From Myxococcales bacterium (GTDB taxonomy: Bacteria; Myxococcota_A; UBA9160; UBA4427): a stretch of 64,000 nucleotides of DNA. Made by a program: the position numbers and the translations under genes. Positions 45,690 to 54,714 of the stretch are shown here, one piece after another (positions within the stretch are counted from its first letter, which is position 1; the number at the start of each line of letters is the position of its first letter). Under the pieces are notes generated by a model. The model made no database searches. It had not been told where the DNA came from and saw nothing but the letters and a program-made list of their open reading frames with translations. The stretch is from assembly GCA_012959805.1 (NCBI GenBank), contig DUCN01000018.1, forward strand, positions 21,415 to 85,414, given 5' to 3'.

Positions 45690-46499
45690 ATGGGCGGGTC
45701 ATTCATGGCGCAAACGACAGGAGAACGGGTCGAGATGGAAACGCTGTTGCGTGAAGCGAAAATGAAACATGATGAGATTCCACCGGATCTCAAAGAGAAT
45801 ATCATCCTCGAGCACGCACCCCTGATCCGCTACATCGTGAATCGAATCGCTGTCCGCCTGCCCTCTCATATCGACCTCGACGATCTACATAATACGGGCG
45901 TCATCGGATTGATGGATGCCATCGAAAAATACGATCCCGAGAAGAATTGCAAATTCAAAACCTATGCAGAGTTCCGAATCAAGGGCGCCATTCTGGATCA
46001 GCTGCGAAGCCTGGACTGGGTTCCCCGAAGTGTTCGCCAGAAGGGCCGCAAGCTCGAGAATGCGTATGGAGAAGTCGAACAGCGACTGGGACGTTCGGCC
46101 AACGAAGACGAAGTCGCCGATTCGCTCGGCCTGGAACTCGACAAGTTTCACGTCCTGATCAATCAGGTCCGAGGAATCTCACTGGTCAACCTCGAAGAAA
46201 TTCGCGGAACGAATTCGGACGGCGACCGCGCTGGCACCTTCGCCGACATCATCGAAGACGTCCATGCGGAGAATCCGTTCGCCTCCTTGAAGTTGATGGA
46301 GACGAAGCATGTCATCTCGGACACGATCGGTTCCCTTCCCGAGAAGGAACGCCTAGTCGTTTCGCTCTACTACTACGAGGATCTCAACATGAAGGAGATC
46401 GGCAATATTCTCGGCATCACAGAGAGCCGGGTCTGCCAGATTCACACCAAAGCCGTAATGCGACTTCGATCCAAGCTGAAGGGCCTGGTCGATAGATAG
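45690..46499 (+). CDS. fliA: FliA/WhiG-type (sigma-28 family) RNA polymerase sigma factor
   Basis: Region 2 (DLDDLHNTGVIGLMDAIEKYDPEKNCKFKTYAEFRIKGAILDQLR), the FliA-typical DWVPRSVRQK, and region 4 (LPEKERLVVSLYYYEDLNMKEIGNILGITESRVCQIHTKAV). Confidence 0.8.
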   Translation: MGGSFMAQTTGERVEMETLLREAKMKHDEIPPDLKENIILEHAPLIRYIVNRIAVRLPSHIDLDDLHNTGVIGLMDAIEKYDPEKNCKFKTYAEFRIKGAILDQLRSLDWVPRSVRQKGRKLENAYGEVEQRLGRSANEDEVADSLGLELDKFHVLINQVRGISLVNLEEIRGTNSDGDRAGTFADIIEDVHAENPFASLKLMETKHVISDTIGSLPEKERLVVSLYYYEDLNMKEIGNILGITESRVCQIHTKAVMRLRSKLKGLVDR

Positions 46500-46586
46500 A
46501 AGACCGCGAACCCTCGCATTCATCGGTCGCAGAATACGGCCCGCAAGACACAGAGGATTGGGCGTTCAAGTCTATTCGACGAACGC

Positions 46587-47321
46587 TCAGTCCTCTTTTT
46601 CGTATCGAACTAACAGAACAGTCGTATTGTCGGCACCGCCCGCTCGATTCGCCGCATCGACCAACCCGGCAGCCGCTGCCTCGAGATCGGGTTCATCGCA
46701 GACTCTCTGCGCAATTTCTTCGTCTTCCAGATGAGTCGTCAGCCCGTCCGAACAAAGGATGAAAACATCATCGACCTGAGGCGTCATCTCAGCCAGATCA
46801 GGCTCGATTCGAGGTCGCACACCCAGCGCCCGGGTCAGGACATGACGATGGGGATGCTGCCGCGCGTCTTCTTCACTGATCTCCTCGCGCCGCAGAAGTT
46901 CACCGACGATCGAGTGGTCGTCGGTCAGACCGCGAAGTCTCCCGCGACGAATCAAATAGGCTCGACTGTCGCCGACGTGAGCGAGGGCCAGACGCTTCCC
47001 GGCAAACAACAAGCCCACCAGAGTCGTCCCCATCCCGGAGAGCTCGGGCTTGGCGGACGCGGCAGCAATAATCTCCCGGTTGGAGCATCCCACCGCATGC
47101 CGAAGGCGTTCGGCCAGGCTGACGTTTGCGCCCTGCAAGGCCTCGATGTCTCGGATGACGGCTTCCGTCGCGAGCTCGCTCGCGACCTGACCGGCCTTGT
47201 GCCCACCCATGCCATCGGCGACTAGGTAGAGCCCGAGGTCCGGAACGATCGCGTATCGGTCCTCATTGGCCCGTCGGCACATTCCCACGTGGGTACTGGC
47301 AGCGGAGCGGAGCAGCATCAA
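46587..47321 (-). CDS. PP2C-family serine/threonine phosphatase
   Basis: STHVGMCRRANEDRY, VADGMGGHKAG and GGADNTTVLLV motifs. Confidence 0.9.
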   Translation of the reverse strand: MMLLRSAASTHVGMCRRANEDRYAIVPDLGLYLVADGMGGHKAGQVASELATEAVIRDIEALQGANVSLAERLRHAVGCSNREIIAAASAKPELSGMGTTLVGLLFAGKRLALAHVGDSRAYLIRRGRLRGLTDDHSIVGELLRREEISEEDARQHPHRHVLTRALGVRPRIEPDLAEMTPQVDDVFILCSDGLTTHLEDEEIAQRVCDEPDLEAAAAGLVDAANRAGGADNTTVLLVRYEKED

Positions 47322-47549
47322 AGGTCTCCGTGGGGCGTACAGACGGCGCCCTCTCTTATCTTATATCGGATCGGTGGTCCCAGGCTTGACTCCCTGGAGC
47401 CGGTTCCACGTCCGCGCGACGCGGATCCCAGACTTTTCCCTCGCGAACAGGCAAAAAATCATTCAATGATGCGCAAGACCGCGACGATAAGAGCTGTGAA
47501 CGGTACGCTGATGCTCGACGAACCTGAAAGGGTTCAAATGGGGGGATCC

Positions 47550-49433
47550 ATGTCCAAGACGCTTCTCTTGGCCGACGATTCGGTCGTAATCCAAAAACTC
47601 GTGGGACTTTCGTTCGCGAACGAAGACGTCCACATCGTGACGACGGATAACGGCGACGACGCCGTTCTGAAGGCGCGAGAGATCACGCCCGATGTAGTGC
47701 TCGCCGATGTCGTCATGCCGGGCAAGAGCGGCTACGAAGTCTGCCAAGCCATCAAGCAAGATCCGGCCCTTGCTCATATTCCCGTCCTTCTGTTGACCGG
47801 CACGTTCGAGGCCTTCGACAAAGCCCGGGCAGCCGCGGCCGGAGCCGACGGCCAGATCACCAAACCGTTCGAAGCGCAATCTCTAGTCGAGCGCGTCAGC
47901 GAGGTCATGATCGCGTCTGCAGCCGCGGCGCCTAACGCCATCTCCGACACACCCGTTGCCGCATCGATCGGTGAAAGCACGGACAGCTTCGCCGAGTTTG
48001 ATTTCTTTGATCCAAGCGTATCCACGCTTTCCGGTGAAAAGTCGAGTGCGCTGCTCACCGATGCATCGCAGACCTTGGATCAGACTCCGGCGATCAGCAT
48101 TTCAGACGAGCCCCTCTTCGGGGCCCCCGTCGACGGCGCAACCGATGAACTCGATACTCAAGGCCGGGGATGGGCCCTGGACGACTCCGTTGAGGTGGGT
48201 TCTGCGGGCGAATTCGCGGCTGAGAGTCTCCAACCATTGGGGCTCGAGAACCTTGATCGTGACGAGACCATCGTGGCACTGCCCGAGCCCGTCACACCCA
48301 TTCCTCCCAGCAATAGCGATCCTCTGGCGGCTTTCGAGGCCGATCTCGTTGCAGCGGACAGTTCTGTCGCCTCTTCCCTCGCCGTCGATTTCGATTCTAC
48401 GCTGGATGCCGTTCCATCAGATCCCAGTGCGACGATCGTCGCAGGAATCGATGACACGAATGCCTCGACGGCCCCCGACTACGGGTTCGATTCGTCGGAC
48501 AACATGGGGAGCGATTCGGTCGAGCCCACCGACGAGACCTCGTCTTTGCGGCCATCAGCCCCGTCGACGCCGTCCAATCTCATGCACCGAAGGGACAGCG
48601 AGTTCGAAGATTTGACGATACATATGCCTTCAGCCGCAATCGATCAGGCCGTGGCGATGGCTCCGAGCCCGAAGGGCGTCGTGAGCCCTCCCCTTGAAAG
48701 CGCGGGCCAGGGCGATGCAGGCGCCACCGTCACCGCCAATCTCGACGTCCAGCTCTCCGATTCGCCCCAGGTGAGCCACCCTCTCGACCTCGGGCCTTCC
48801 AACGTCTCGGCGGACGAACTCGACTTCACCTTTGATGTTTCCGAGCAAGCATCGCCGGCTGATATCGATGCGGCACTTGGCGATTCTTTTTCATCCCTGA
48901 TGGACATTTCGGAGTCTGAGATCCTCGGTGGCTCGTCGAATTCGGAAGCTGGCTGGGAAGCTGAATTCGCTTCGGCCGAATCCAATCCGGCGCCCGCCGG
49001 CACGGATTCAACCTTCGACGATGTGTTTGCGGCCGGTTATGACGTCTCGATCAGCGACCTCGCCACAGCACCAGCTGCACCCAAAACCTCTGCGGCTGCC
49101 GAGCAGCCCGCCCCTTTCGATCAGCCGGAAACTTCGGCGGGCGGCACATCCATAGATTCCGGGGTCAGCGGTCTCGACATCGATATCGAATTGCCTCGTC
49201 AGACTGTCGGCGATGCTGACAACATTCGAATTTCCGATCTCTCGCCCATGATCGAACAACGCATCCAGGAAACCCTCGAAAAGGTCGCCTGGGAGGCCTT
49301 CTCTGACCTTTCCGAATCCATCGTGAAACAAGTCATTGGGCGAGTCGAGCAGATCGCTTGGGAAGTCATTCCCCAAATGGCGGAGACCCTCGTACGCGAA
49401 GAGATTCGCAAGATGAAGGGCGAGAACGACTGA
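47550..49433 (+). CDS. RomR-like response regulator (receiver, long acidic disordered linker, conserved C-terminal helical tail)
   Basis: The ATG 47550 start follows a GGGGGGA tract. Receiver KTLLLADDSVVIQK..VVLADVVMPGKSGYEV..LLLTGTFEAFD..ITKPFE. About 430 aa of D/E/S/P/A-rich sequence nearly devoid of K/R follows. The C-terminus is IEQRIQETLEKVAWEAFSDLSESIVKQVIGRVEQIAWEVIPQMAETLVREEIRKM. The longest ORF starts at 47289. Confidence 0.55.
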   Translation: MSKTLLLADDSVVIQKLVGLSFANEDVHIVTTDNGDDAVLKAREITPDVVLADVVMPGKSGYEVCQAIKQDPALAHIPVLLLTGTFEAFDKARAAAAGADGQITKPFEAQSLVERVSEVMIASAAAAPNAISDTPVAASIGESTDSFAEFDFFDPSVSTLSGEKSSALLTDASQTLDQTPAISISDEPLFGAPVDGATDELDTQGRGWALDDSVEVGSAGEFAAESLQPLGLENLDRDETIVALPEPVTPIPPSNSDPLAAFEADLVAADSSVASSLAVDFDSTLDAVPSDPSATIVAGIDDTNASTAPDYGFDSSDNMGSDSVEPTDETSSLRPSAPSTPSNLMHRRDSEFEDLTIHMPSAAIDQAVAMAPSPKGVVSPPLESAGQGDAGATVTANLDVQLSDSPQVSHPLDLGPSNVSADELDFTFDVSEQASPADIDAALGDSFSSLMDISESEILGGSSNSEAGWEAEFASAESNPAPAGTDSTFDDVFAAGYDVSISDLATAPAAPKTSAAAEQPAPFDQPETSAGGTSIDSGVSGLDIDIELPRQTVGDADNIRISDLSPMIEQRIQETLEKVAWEAFSDLSESIVKQVIGRVEQIAWEVIPQMAETLVREEIRKMKGEND

Positions 49434-49514
49434 ACCGCCGCCTCCTGCGATAGACTGGCCAGCGATTACGCATCAACACGCCGACAGTCCCAGATCGCCC
49501 GAAGGAGTCGAAGC

Positions 49515-50426
49515 ATGCCCGCAGGTCCAAAGATCGGCGACTGGACCACACTCCTCGACCTCGCCCTATCAGAAGACATCGGCCCCGGTGACCTAACAAG
49601 CACGCTGGTGATCGAAGCCGACCGCGAGGGACAGGCGCGAATCGAAGCGCGCGGCGAAATGATCGTCTGCGGACTCCCGATTCTTCGAGAAGTCTTTGCG
49701 CGCGTAGACCCCGATCTCGAAATCGAGTCCGATGACGCCGCCGACGAGGGCACGCGAGTCGAGGCAGGGCAAGTGCTGATGCGAGTTCGCGGCCGCTATG
49801 CCTCGATCCTCACGGCGGAACGGACGGCGCTGAATTTCCTCGGTCGACTCTGTGGCATCGCGACCCAGACCCGAACCCTGGTCGATCGGGTCGCCGATCT
49901 CTCGGTCGACCTCGTCGACACACGCAAGACGACACCCGGTTGGCGCGTTCTGGAAAAATACGCGGTCGCCACCGGCGGGGGCCTCAACCACCGAGTCGGC
50001 CTCTACGACGCCGTCCTCGTAAAGGACAATCATATCGCCGCCGCCGGCAGCCTTGACCTCGCCGTGGAGCGCGCACTCTCGAAAGCGCCTGATGGTGTGG
50101 CCGTCCAGATCGAGGTCGAATCCGAAGAGATGGCGGACCGGGCCATCGAACTGGGCGCTTCGTTTCTGTTGATCGACAACCTCGACCCGCCAACCACCGC
50201 ACGAATCGTCGCGCGACACGGTCAGAACGTCATTCTCGAGTCCTCGGGCGGCATCGGCCCCGACAATCTCCGCGCCTTCGCCGAGACCGGCGTCGCCCGC
50301 ATCTCGATGGGTGCCCTGACCCATTCCGTTGCCTCCGCCGACGTCGCACTCGAAATCGATCTGCTCCCATCACCGGATGACAGCCCCTCCGCCGGGACTT
50401 CGAAGGAATCTCAGGCGACCGAATGA
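49515..50426 (+). CDS. nadC: Nicotinate-nucleotide diphosphorylase (quinolinate phosphoribosyltransferase)
   Basis: LVDTRKTTPGWRVLEKYAVATGGGLNHRVGLYDAVLVKDNHI. Confidence 0.9.
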   Translation: MPAGPKIGDWTTLLDLALSEDIGPGDLTSTLVIEADREGQARIEARGEMIVCGLPILREVFARVDPDLEIESDDAADEGTRVEAGQVLMRVRGRYASILTAERTALNFLGRLCGIATQTRTLVDRVADLSVDLVDTRKTTPGWRVLEKYAVATGGGLNHRVGLYDAVLVKDNHIAAAGSLDLAVERALSKAPDGVAVQIEVESEEMADRAIELGASFLLIDNLDPPTTARIVARHGQNVILESSGGIGPDNLRAFAETGVARISMGALTHSVASADVALEIDLLPSPDDSPSAGTSKESQATE

Positions 50427-51466
50427 GTGCACTCACCCGCGGTCCAAGCGAAGTCCTCTCGGCCCTGCAAGAAAATCCCGGATCGGATTCGGCACCCGCC
50501 TTGTCTGGCGAATCTCTGTCTGAGCGACTCGGCGTTTCCCGCGCGCAGATCTGGAAACACGTCGGCACCCTTCGCACCCGCGGTTACGAAATTGAAGGCG
50601 AGCCCGGTGGCGGATATCGATTGGTGGGCCGCCCGGACCGTCTCTATGCCGAGGAGATTGCGCCGAGACTCGAAACGAAATGGCTCGCCCAACAGATCCA
50701 ACACTTCGACGAGACGGCATCGACCAATCTCATCGCCTTCGACCTCGGTCGCGATGACGCTCCCGCCGGCACGACGGTGATCGCCGAAAGCCAGAGCGCT
50801 GGCCGCGGACGACTCGGGCGCAGTTTCTATTCGCCGCCCTACAAAAATCTCTACACGTCGATCTTGCTGAGACCACGTGGATCGATCAGCGACGCGCCGA
50901 CCCTGATCCTCGCCGCCGCTGTCGCCGTCGCGGAAACCGTCGCCGAATTCCTGGGCGACGAGTCCAGCGTCGAAATCAAATGGCCAAACGATGTCATGAT
51001 CCACCGCCGTAAGACCTCGGGAATCCTGATGGAAAGCAGTGCCGAAGGCACTCGGCTCGCCTTCGCCGTTCTCGGCATTGGCGTGAACCTGAACGTGGAT
51101 CGCGAGACCTTTCCAGATGAGTTTCGGCACCTTGCGACGAGTCTCTCCAGCGAACTCGGTCATCCCATCGATCGCGTCGCCTTCGCGCGACGACTCTTCA
51201 CACATCTTGAGCACCAGCTCGAGCTCCATGATTCTCAGGGATTCGATGCCATCCGACCGCGATTCGAGTCCTTCTTTCGAATGCGCGGGGAATCGGTCGG
51301 AATCGAGGAAGTCGCGGGCGAGCGAATCGAGTGCCGGGCCCAGGCGATTGCACCCAATGGTGCACTCGAAGTCGAAATCCTGGAAGGACCGCGAGCCGGC
51401 GAGAGCATGAAGGTCATGGCCGGCGATGTGACACTGGCGAAGCCGACCCGAGAAGAGCGATGCTAG
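50423..51466 (+). CDS. birA: Bifunctional biotin-[acetyl-CoA-carboxylase] ligase / biotin operon repressor
   Basis: N-terminal HTH (LSERLGVSRAQIWKHVGTLRTRGYEI) and the ligase motif SQSAGRGRLGRSF. ATGA-type overlap with nadC. Confidence 0.9.
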   Translation: MSALTRGPSEVLSALQENPGSDSAPALSGESLSERLGVSRAQIWKHVGTLRTRGYEIEGEPGGGYRLVGRPDRLYAEEIAPRLETKWLAQQIQHFDETASTNLIAFDLGRDDAPAGTTVIAESQSAGRGRLGRSFYSPPYKNLYTSILLRPRGSISDAPTLILAAAVAVAETVAEFLGDESSVEIKWPNDVMIHRRKTSGILMESSAEGTRLAFAVLGIGVNLNVDRETFPDEFRHLATSLSSELGHPIDRVAFARRLFTHLEHQLELHDSQGFDAIRPRFESFFRMRGESVGIEEVAGERIECRAQAIAPNGALEVEILEGPRAGESMKVMAGDVTLAKPTREERC

Positions 51467-51521
51467 AAGAAGCCCCGGCGCCACGCATGGCGACCGGCGC
51501 AGCTACGAAGGAGCGAAGTCA

Positions 51522-52322
51522 TTGAGCGAACCGACTCTCCTGGTCATCGATATTGGTAACACCAATGTGTCGTTAGGCGTCTACGATTACGAGGCGAGTG
51601 AGAGTCATTTGGCTCATCATTGGCGCCTCTCCACAAATCGCGAACAAACCTCAGATGAGCTCGTCATCTCACTATCGGCACTGTTTGCGAGCGAAGGTCG
51701 CAAGACCACCGAGATCACCGACGTCATCCTGTCGAGCGTCGTCCCTCCAGTCGTTCCAATCTGGGAGCGTGTATCGAGCAAGCTCTTCAATCAGGTGCCC
51801 CAGATCGTTGGCCCGGGCATGAGGACTGGAATGCCGGTTCGCTATGAGAACCCCCACGAAGTCGGTGCCGACCGAATCGTCAATGCTGTAGCGGCCTTTG
51901 AAATCTACGGCGGCCCTGTGATTGCCGTTGATTTCGGAACGGCGACGACTTTCGACTGCATCTCGGAGCGCGGCGAGTACGTGGGCGGTGTCATCTGCCC
52001 GGGCATCCATATCTCCATGGAGGCTCTCTTTGATCGCGCCTCGAAGCTGCACCGGGTCGAGATTGCCAGACCCAAATCCGTGATTGGACGAACCACGACC
52101 AGCGCCCTCCAATCTGGGCTGCTCTATGGCAATTCCGGCATGGTCGATGCGATGGTCAAGCGCATCCGCAACGAACTGGGCAGCAACGCCAAAGTCGTTG
52201 CCACCGGCGGACTGGCCCGTCGAATCGCTAATGAGAGCGAAGCGATCGAGGAAGTCGCGCCCTTTCTGACCCTGGACGGCCTGCGCATCCTCTTCGAGAA
52301 GAATCTCGACGATCGCGACTAG
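51522..52322 (+). CDS. coaX: Type III pantothenate kinase
   Basis: LLVIDIGNTNVSLGVY and AVDFGTATTFD motifs. Conserved birA-coaX pair. Confidence 0.9.
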   Translation: MSEPTLLVIDIGNTNVSLGVYDYEASESHLAHHWRLSTNREQTSDELVISLSALFASEGRKTTEITDVILSSVVPPVVPIWERVSSKLFNQVPQIVGPGMRTGMPVRYENPHEVGADRIVNAVAAFEIYGGPVIAVDFGTATTFDCISERGEYVGGVICPGIHISMEALFDRASKLHRVEIARPKSVIGRTTTSALQSGLLYGNSGMVDAMVKRIRNELGSNAKVVATGGLARRIANESEAIEEVAPFLTLDGLRILFEKNLDDRD

Positions 52323-52480
52323 GCCAGCACGCGCCCCACAAGCGCCAAAGGGAGAAATGGCGGCAGCACAGGCCGTTGGGTTGCCGATACCCTGAGAACT
52401 CCCTTACGGCTGGACTGAGCCGATTTCCGAGCCCTGCCCCGGCGGCTATAGTCGCATCAAGTCGTGGACTTGCGAGGCCG

Positions 52481-53683
52481 ATGCACTCTGCGGAGCGTCT
52501 CCCAACAGCTCGCGTGATCAAGCGACCAATCACCGACCTGAGGGAATTAGCACACGGAAAAATTGAGATCTCACAGGTCTCGAAGAAGCCGGGTCGGAGA
52601 TCACCATTGTCAGAAGACACCTCGAGCCATCGCCGCAAGGTCAAGCTCCAACTCTCTGCCCAGGCCGAGAAATACGCGCGTCCCGACGCCCCGATTGAGG
52701 CCCGGAAAATGGCAGCCCGGGGTGCGCTGCCCCTGGAACCGATCGAGCTCGCCACCGTCCTATTCGTCCTGGCCAGCGATTCCGAACCCCAGGTCAAAGA
52801 CACCGCACGACAGAGCCTCGAGGACCTCCCTCAGCACGTACTCGATATCGTCCTCCGCGGACCCGCTCATCCGGCCCTGCTGTCCTTTCTGGCCCACGTC
52901 CACAAGGAATGCGAAGCCCACTGCGAAGCCATTGCCCTGAATAATCAGAGCGACGATGCCACGATCGCCTGGCTCGCCACTCTGCCCCATAGCCGGGTCA
53001 TCGATATCATCAGCCAGAACCAGCAGCGCATGTTGCGCAACGAAGAAATCGTCGATGCGCTAGGCGGGAATCCACTAACGGGGCGCGCCGTCATCGAACG
53101 CATCCTCAGTTTTCTGGGCCTCGAAGAAAGAGAGACGACAGACGACGAAGATGAGGGGTTGGCCGAAGCGGAGGCTGAGGCCGCCGTGCTGGATATACTC
53201 GGTGGCGATATGGCCGACATTGCCCGACTGCTCGTCTCAGAGCGGAACTCCGATGGCGACGAAGAGGAAGGCAGGAACCTACTCGCAGTCATCGGGAATA
53301 TGTCGGTGATGCAGAAGATCAAGCTTGCCCGACTCGGCGGCAAGGAAGCCCGCTCGCTGCTGATTCGAGATCGAAATCGAATCGTTGCGACCGCCGTCCT
53401 CGCCAGCCCCAAACTCACCGAGACCGAGGTTGTTACCTTCGCGCAGAATCGCTCGATGGGGGACGAACTGCTGCGCATCATTTCGAATAATCGCGAGTGG
53501 ACCAAGAACTACCAGACCAAGCTCGCGCTCACTATGAATCCGAAGACACCCATCCCCCAAGCCATCAAATTCATGAACTACCTTCAGGATCGCGACCTCC
53601 GAGTCTTGATGAAGAGCAAGGATGTGCCGAGCAACATCAGCACTCATGCACGGCGGATTCTGACCAAGAAGGGAAAACTCTAG
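52481..53683 (+). CDS. Alpha-helical repeat (HEAT/ARM-like) protein of unknown function
   Basis: Repetitive helical segments (..EPIELATVLFVLASDSEPQVKDTARQSLEDLP..; ..RNRIVATAVLASPKLTETEVVTFAQNRS..; ..TKLALTMNPKTPIPQAIKFMNYL..) and a central acidic stretch. The start is uncertain (ATG 52481; the longest ORF starts at 52376). Its stop overlaps the next start. Confidence 0.5.
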   Translation: MHSAERLPTARVIKRPITDLRELAHGKIEISQVSKKPGRRSPLSEDTSSHRRKVKLQLSAQAEKYARPDAPIEARKMAARGALPLEPIELATVLFVLASDSEPQVKDTARQSLEDLPQHVLDIVLRGPAHPALLSFLAHVHKECEAHCEAIALNNQSDDATIAWLATLPHSRVIDIISQNQQRMLRNEEIVDALGGNPLTGRAVIERILSFLGLEERETTDDEDEGLAEAEAEAAVLDILGGDMADIARLLVSERNSDGDEEEGRNLLAVIGNMSVMQKIKLARLGGKEARSLLIRDRNRIVATAVLASPKLTETEVVTFAQNRSMGDELLRIISNNREWTKNYQTKLALTMNPKTPIPQAIKFMNYLQDRDLRVLMKSKDVPSNISTHARRILTKKGKL

Positions 53684-54714
53684 TGGCCGATGTCAATGCT
53701 CGAATTCTTCTCTGGGGCATCCAAGGCGCTGGTGCGACAACGAGCCTCCAGACCATCCATGCCAAGCTACGGCCCGACCTGCGTGGCGACATTCAGATGG
53801 AACCGACGCGCCTCGATCCCACCGTTCAGTACGAAATTTTGCCAATCACGCTGGGCGAGTCTGGCTCGGTGGGTCCCCAGTTGGAGATCATCGCGGTCCC
53901 CGGTGCCCCGGATCAGGCCATGACGCGCAAGCAACTCCTCGACGGCGTGGATGGAATCGTCATCGTCTTAGATGCCTCTCCGGAACGCATCGACGCGAAC
54001 TACAAAGCCGTCGATGAATTGCGCGCATCACTCGCCGCCTACGGCGAACGAATCGATTCCTTCCCCATCGTCCTGCAATACAACAAGCGGGATATGGCCG
54101 ATCCATTTGCGATCGAAGAGCTGCACCGAAGAATCGGACTCGACAAAGCCGCCGTTTTCGAAACGATCGCCACCACCGGCCACGGAATCCTGGCCACCCT
54201 TACGACCATCTCCAAGCATGTCGTTCGGACGCGAAGAATGGTCGGGACGACATCCGAAGCAGAGGACGAAGCCACGCAGGACACTGCCCAGGCGGCTACC
54301 GATCTCGAAGATCAGGCTGGCTCCTCTCATGAGATTCTCGAAGCGGCCATCCTTGCCGACGGGGAGGATCACGATGGAGCCGATCTGGCCGAACTCATCG
54401 AACTCGAACCCATCGATACGACCCAGCCGAATTGGGGGTCGACGACGAATTCCGAGATGAGCATCAACACGGACAGCATGGCGGACATCACCCTCAAGAC
54501 GACTGACGCTCACGTCGAGGCAACTCCGAACATCGAATCTAAACCCGAAGCCAGCCTCGGCGAGGCATTTCACATCGTGTCTGCGGGACAAGCCGAAATC
54601 GACCTTACGGGCGGGCTTCGATTGCCCCTCGTGTTAGGTGATGAAGCAGGATCGACTCGGACCGTCGTCCTTACCCTTCGCCTCGACTCCCTCACTCAGG
54701 ACGGCGAGGACTGA
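53683..54714 (+). CDS. MglA-family small GTPase-like protein with degenerate P-loop and acidic C-terminal extension
   Basis: GTG 53683 overlaps the upstream TAG. ILLWGIQGAGATTSL (Ala where the Walker-A Lys should be), AVPGAPDQ (MglA has TVPGQ), LLDGVDGIVIVLDAS, an intact QYNKRD, and TTGHGILATL. About 150 additional C-terminal residues are rich in D/E. Confidence 0.7.
   Translation: MADVNARILLWGIQGAGATTSLQTIHAKLRPDLRGDIQMEPTRLDPTVQYEILPITLGESGSVGPQLEIIAVPGAPDQAMTRKQLLDGVDGIVIVLDASPERIDANYKAVDELRASLAAYGERIDSFPIVLQYNKRDMADPFAIEELHRRIGLDKAAVFETIATTGHGILATLTTISKHVVRTRRMVGTTSEAEDEATQDTAQAATDLEDQAGSSHEILEAAILADGEDHDGADLAELIELEPIDTTQPNWGSTTNSEMSINTDSMADITLKTTDAHVEATPNIESKPEASLGEAFHIVSAGQAEIDLTGGLRLPLVLGDEAGSTRTVVLTLRLDSLTQDGED

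Noticed and set aside
50411-51484. 357-aa minus-strand ORF
   Set aside because: It is fully antisense to birA, whose HTH and GRGRxGR ligase motifs identify the plus strand as coding.
53497-53682. Upstream extension of the MglA-like ORF as given in the ORF track
   Set aside because: It lies inside the 3' end of the preceding helical-repeat gene in another frame. MglA-type homology begins right after GTG 53683, which overlaps the upstream stop.
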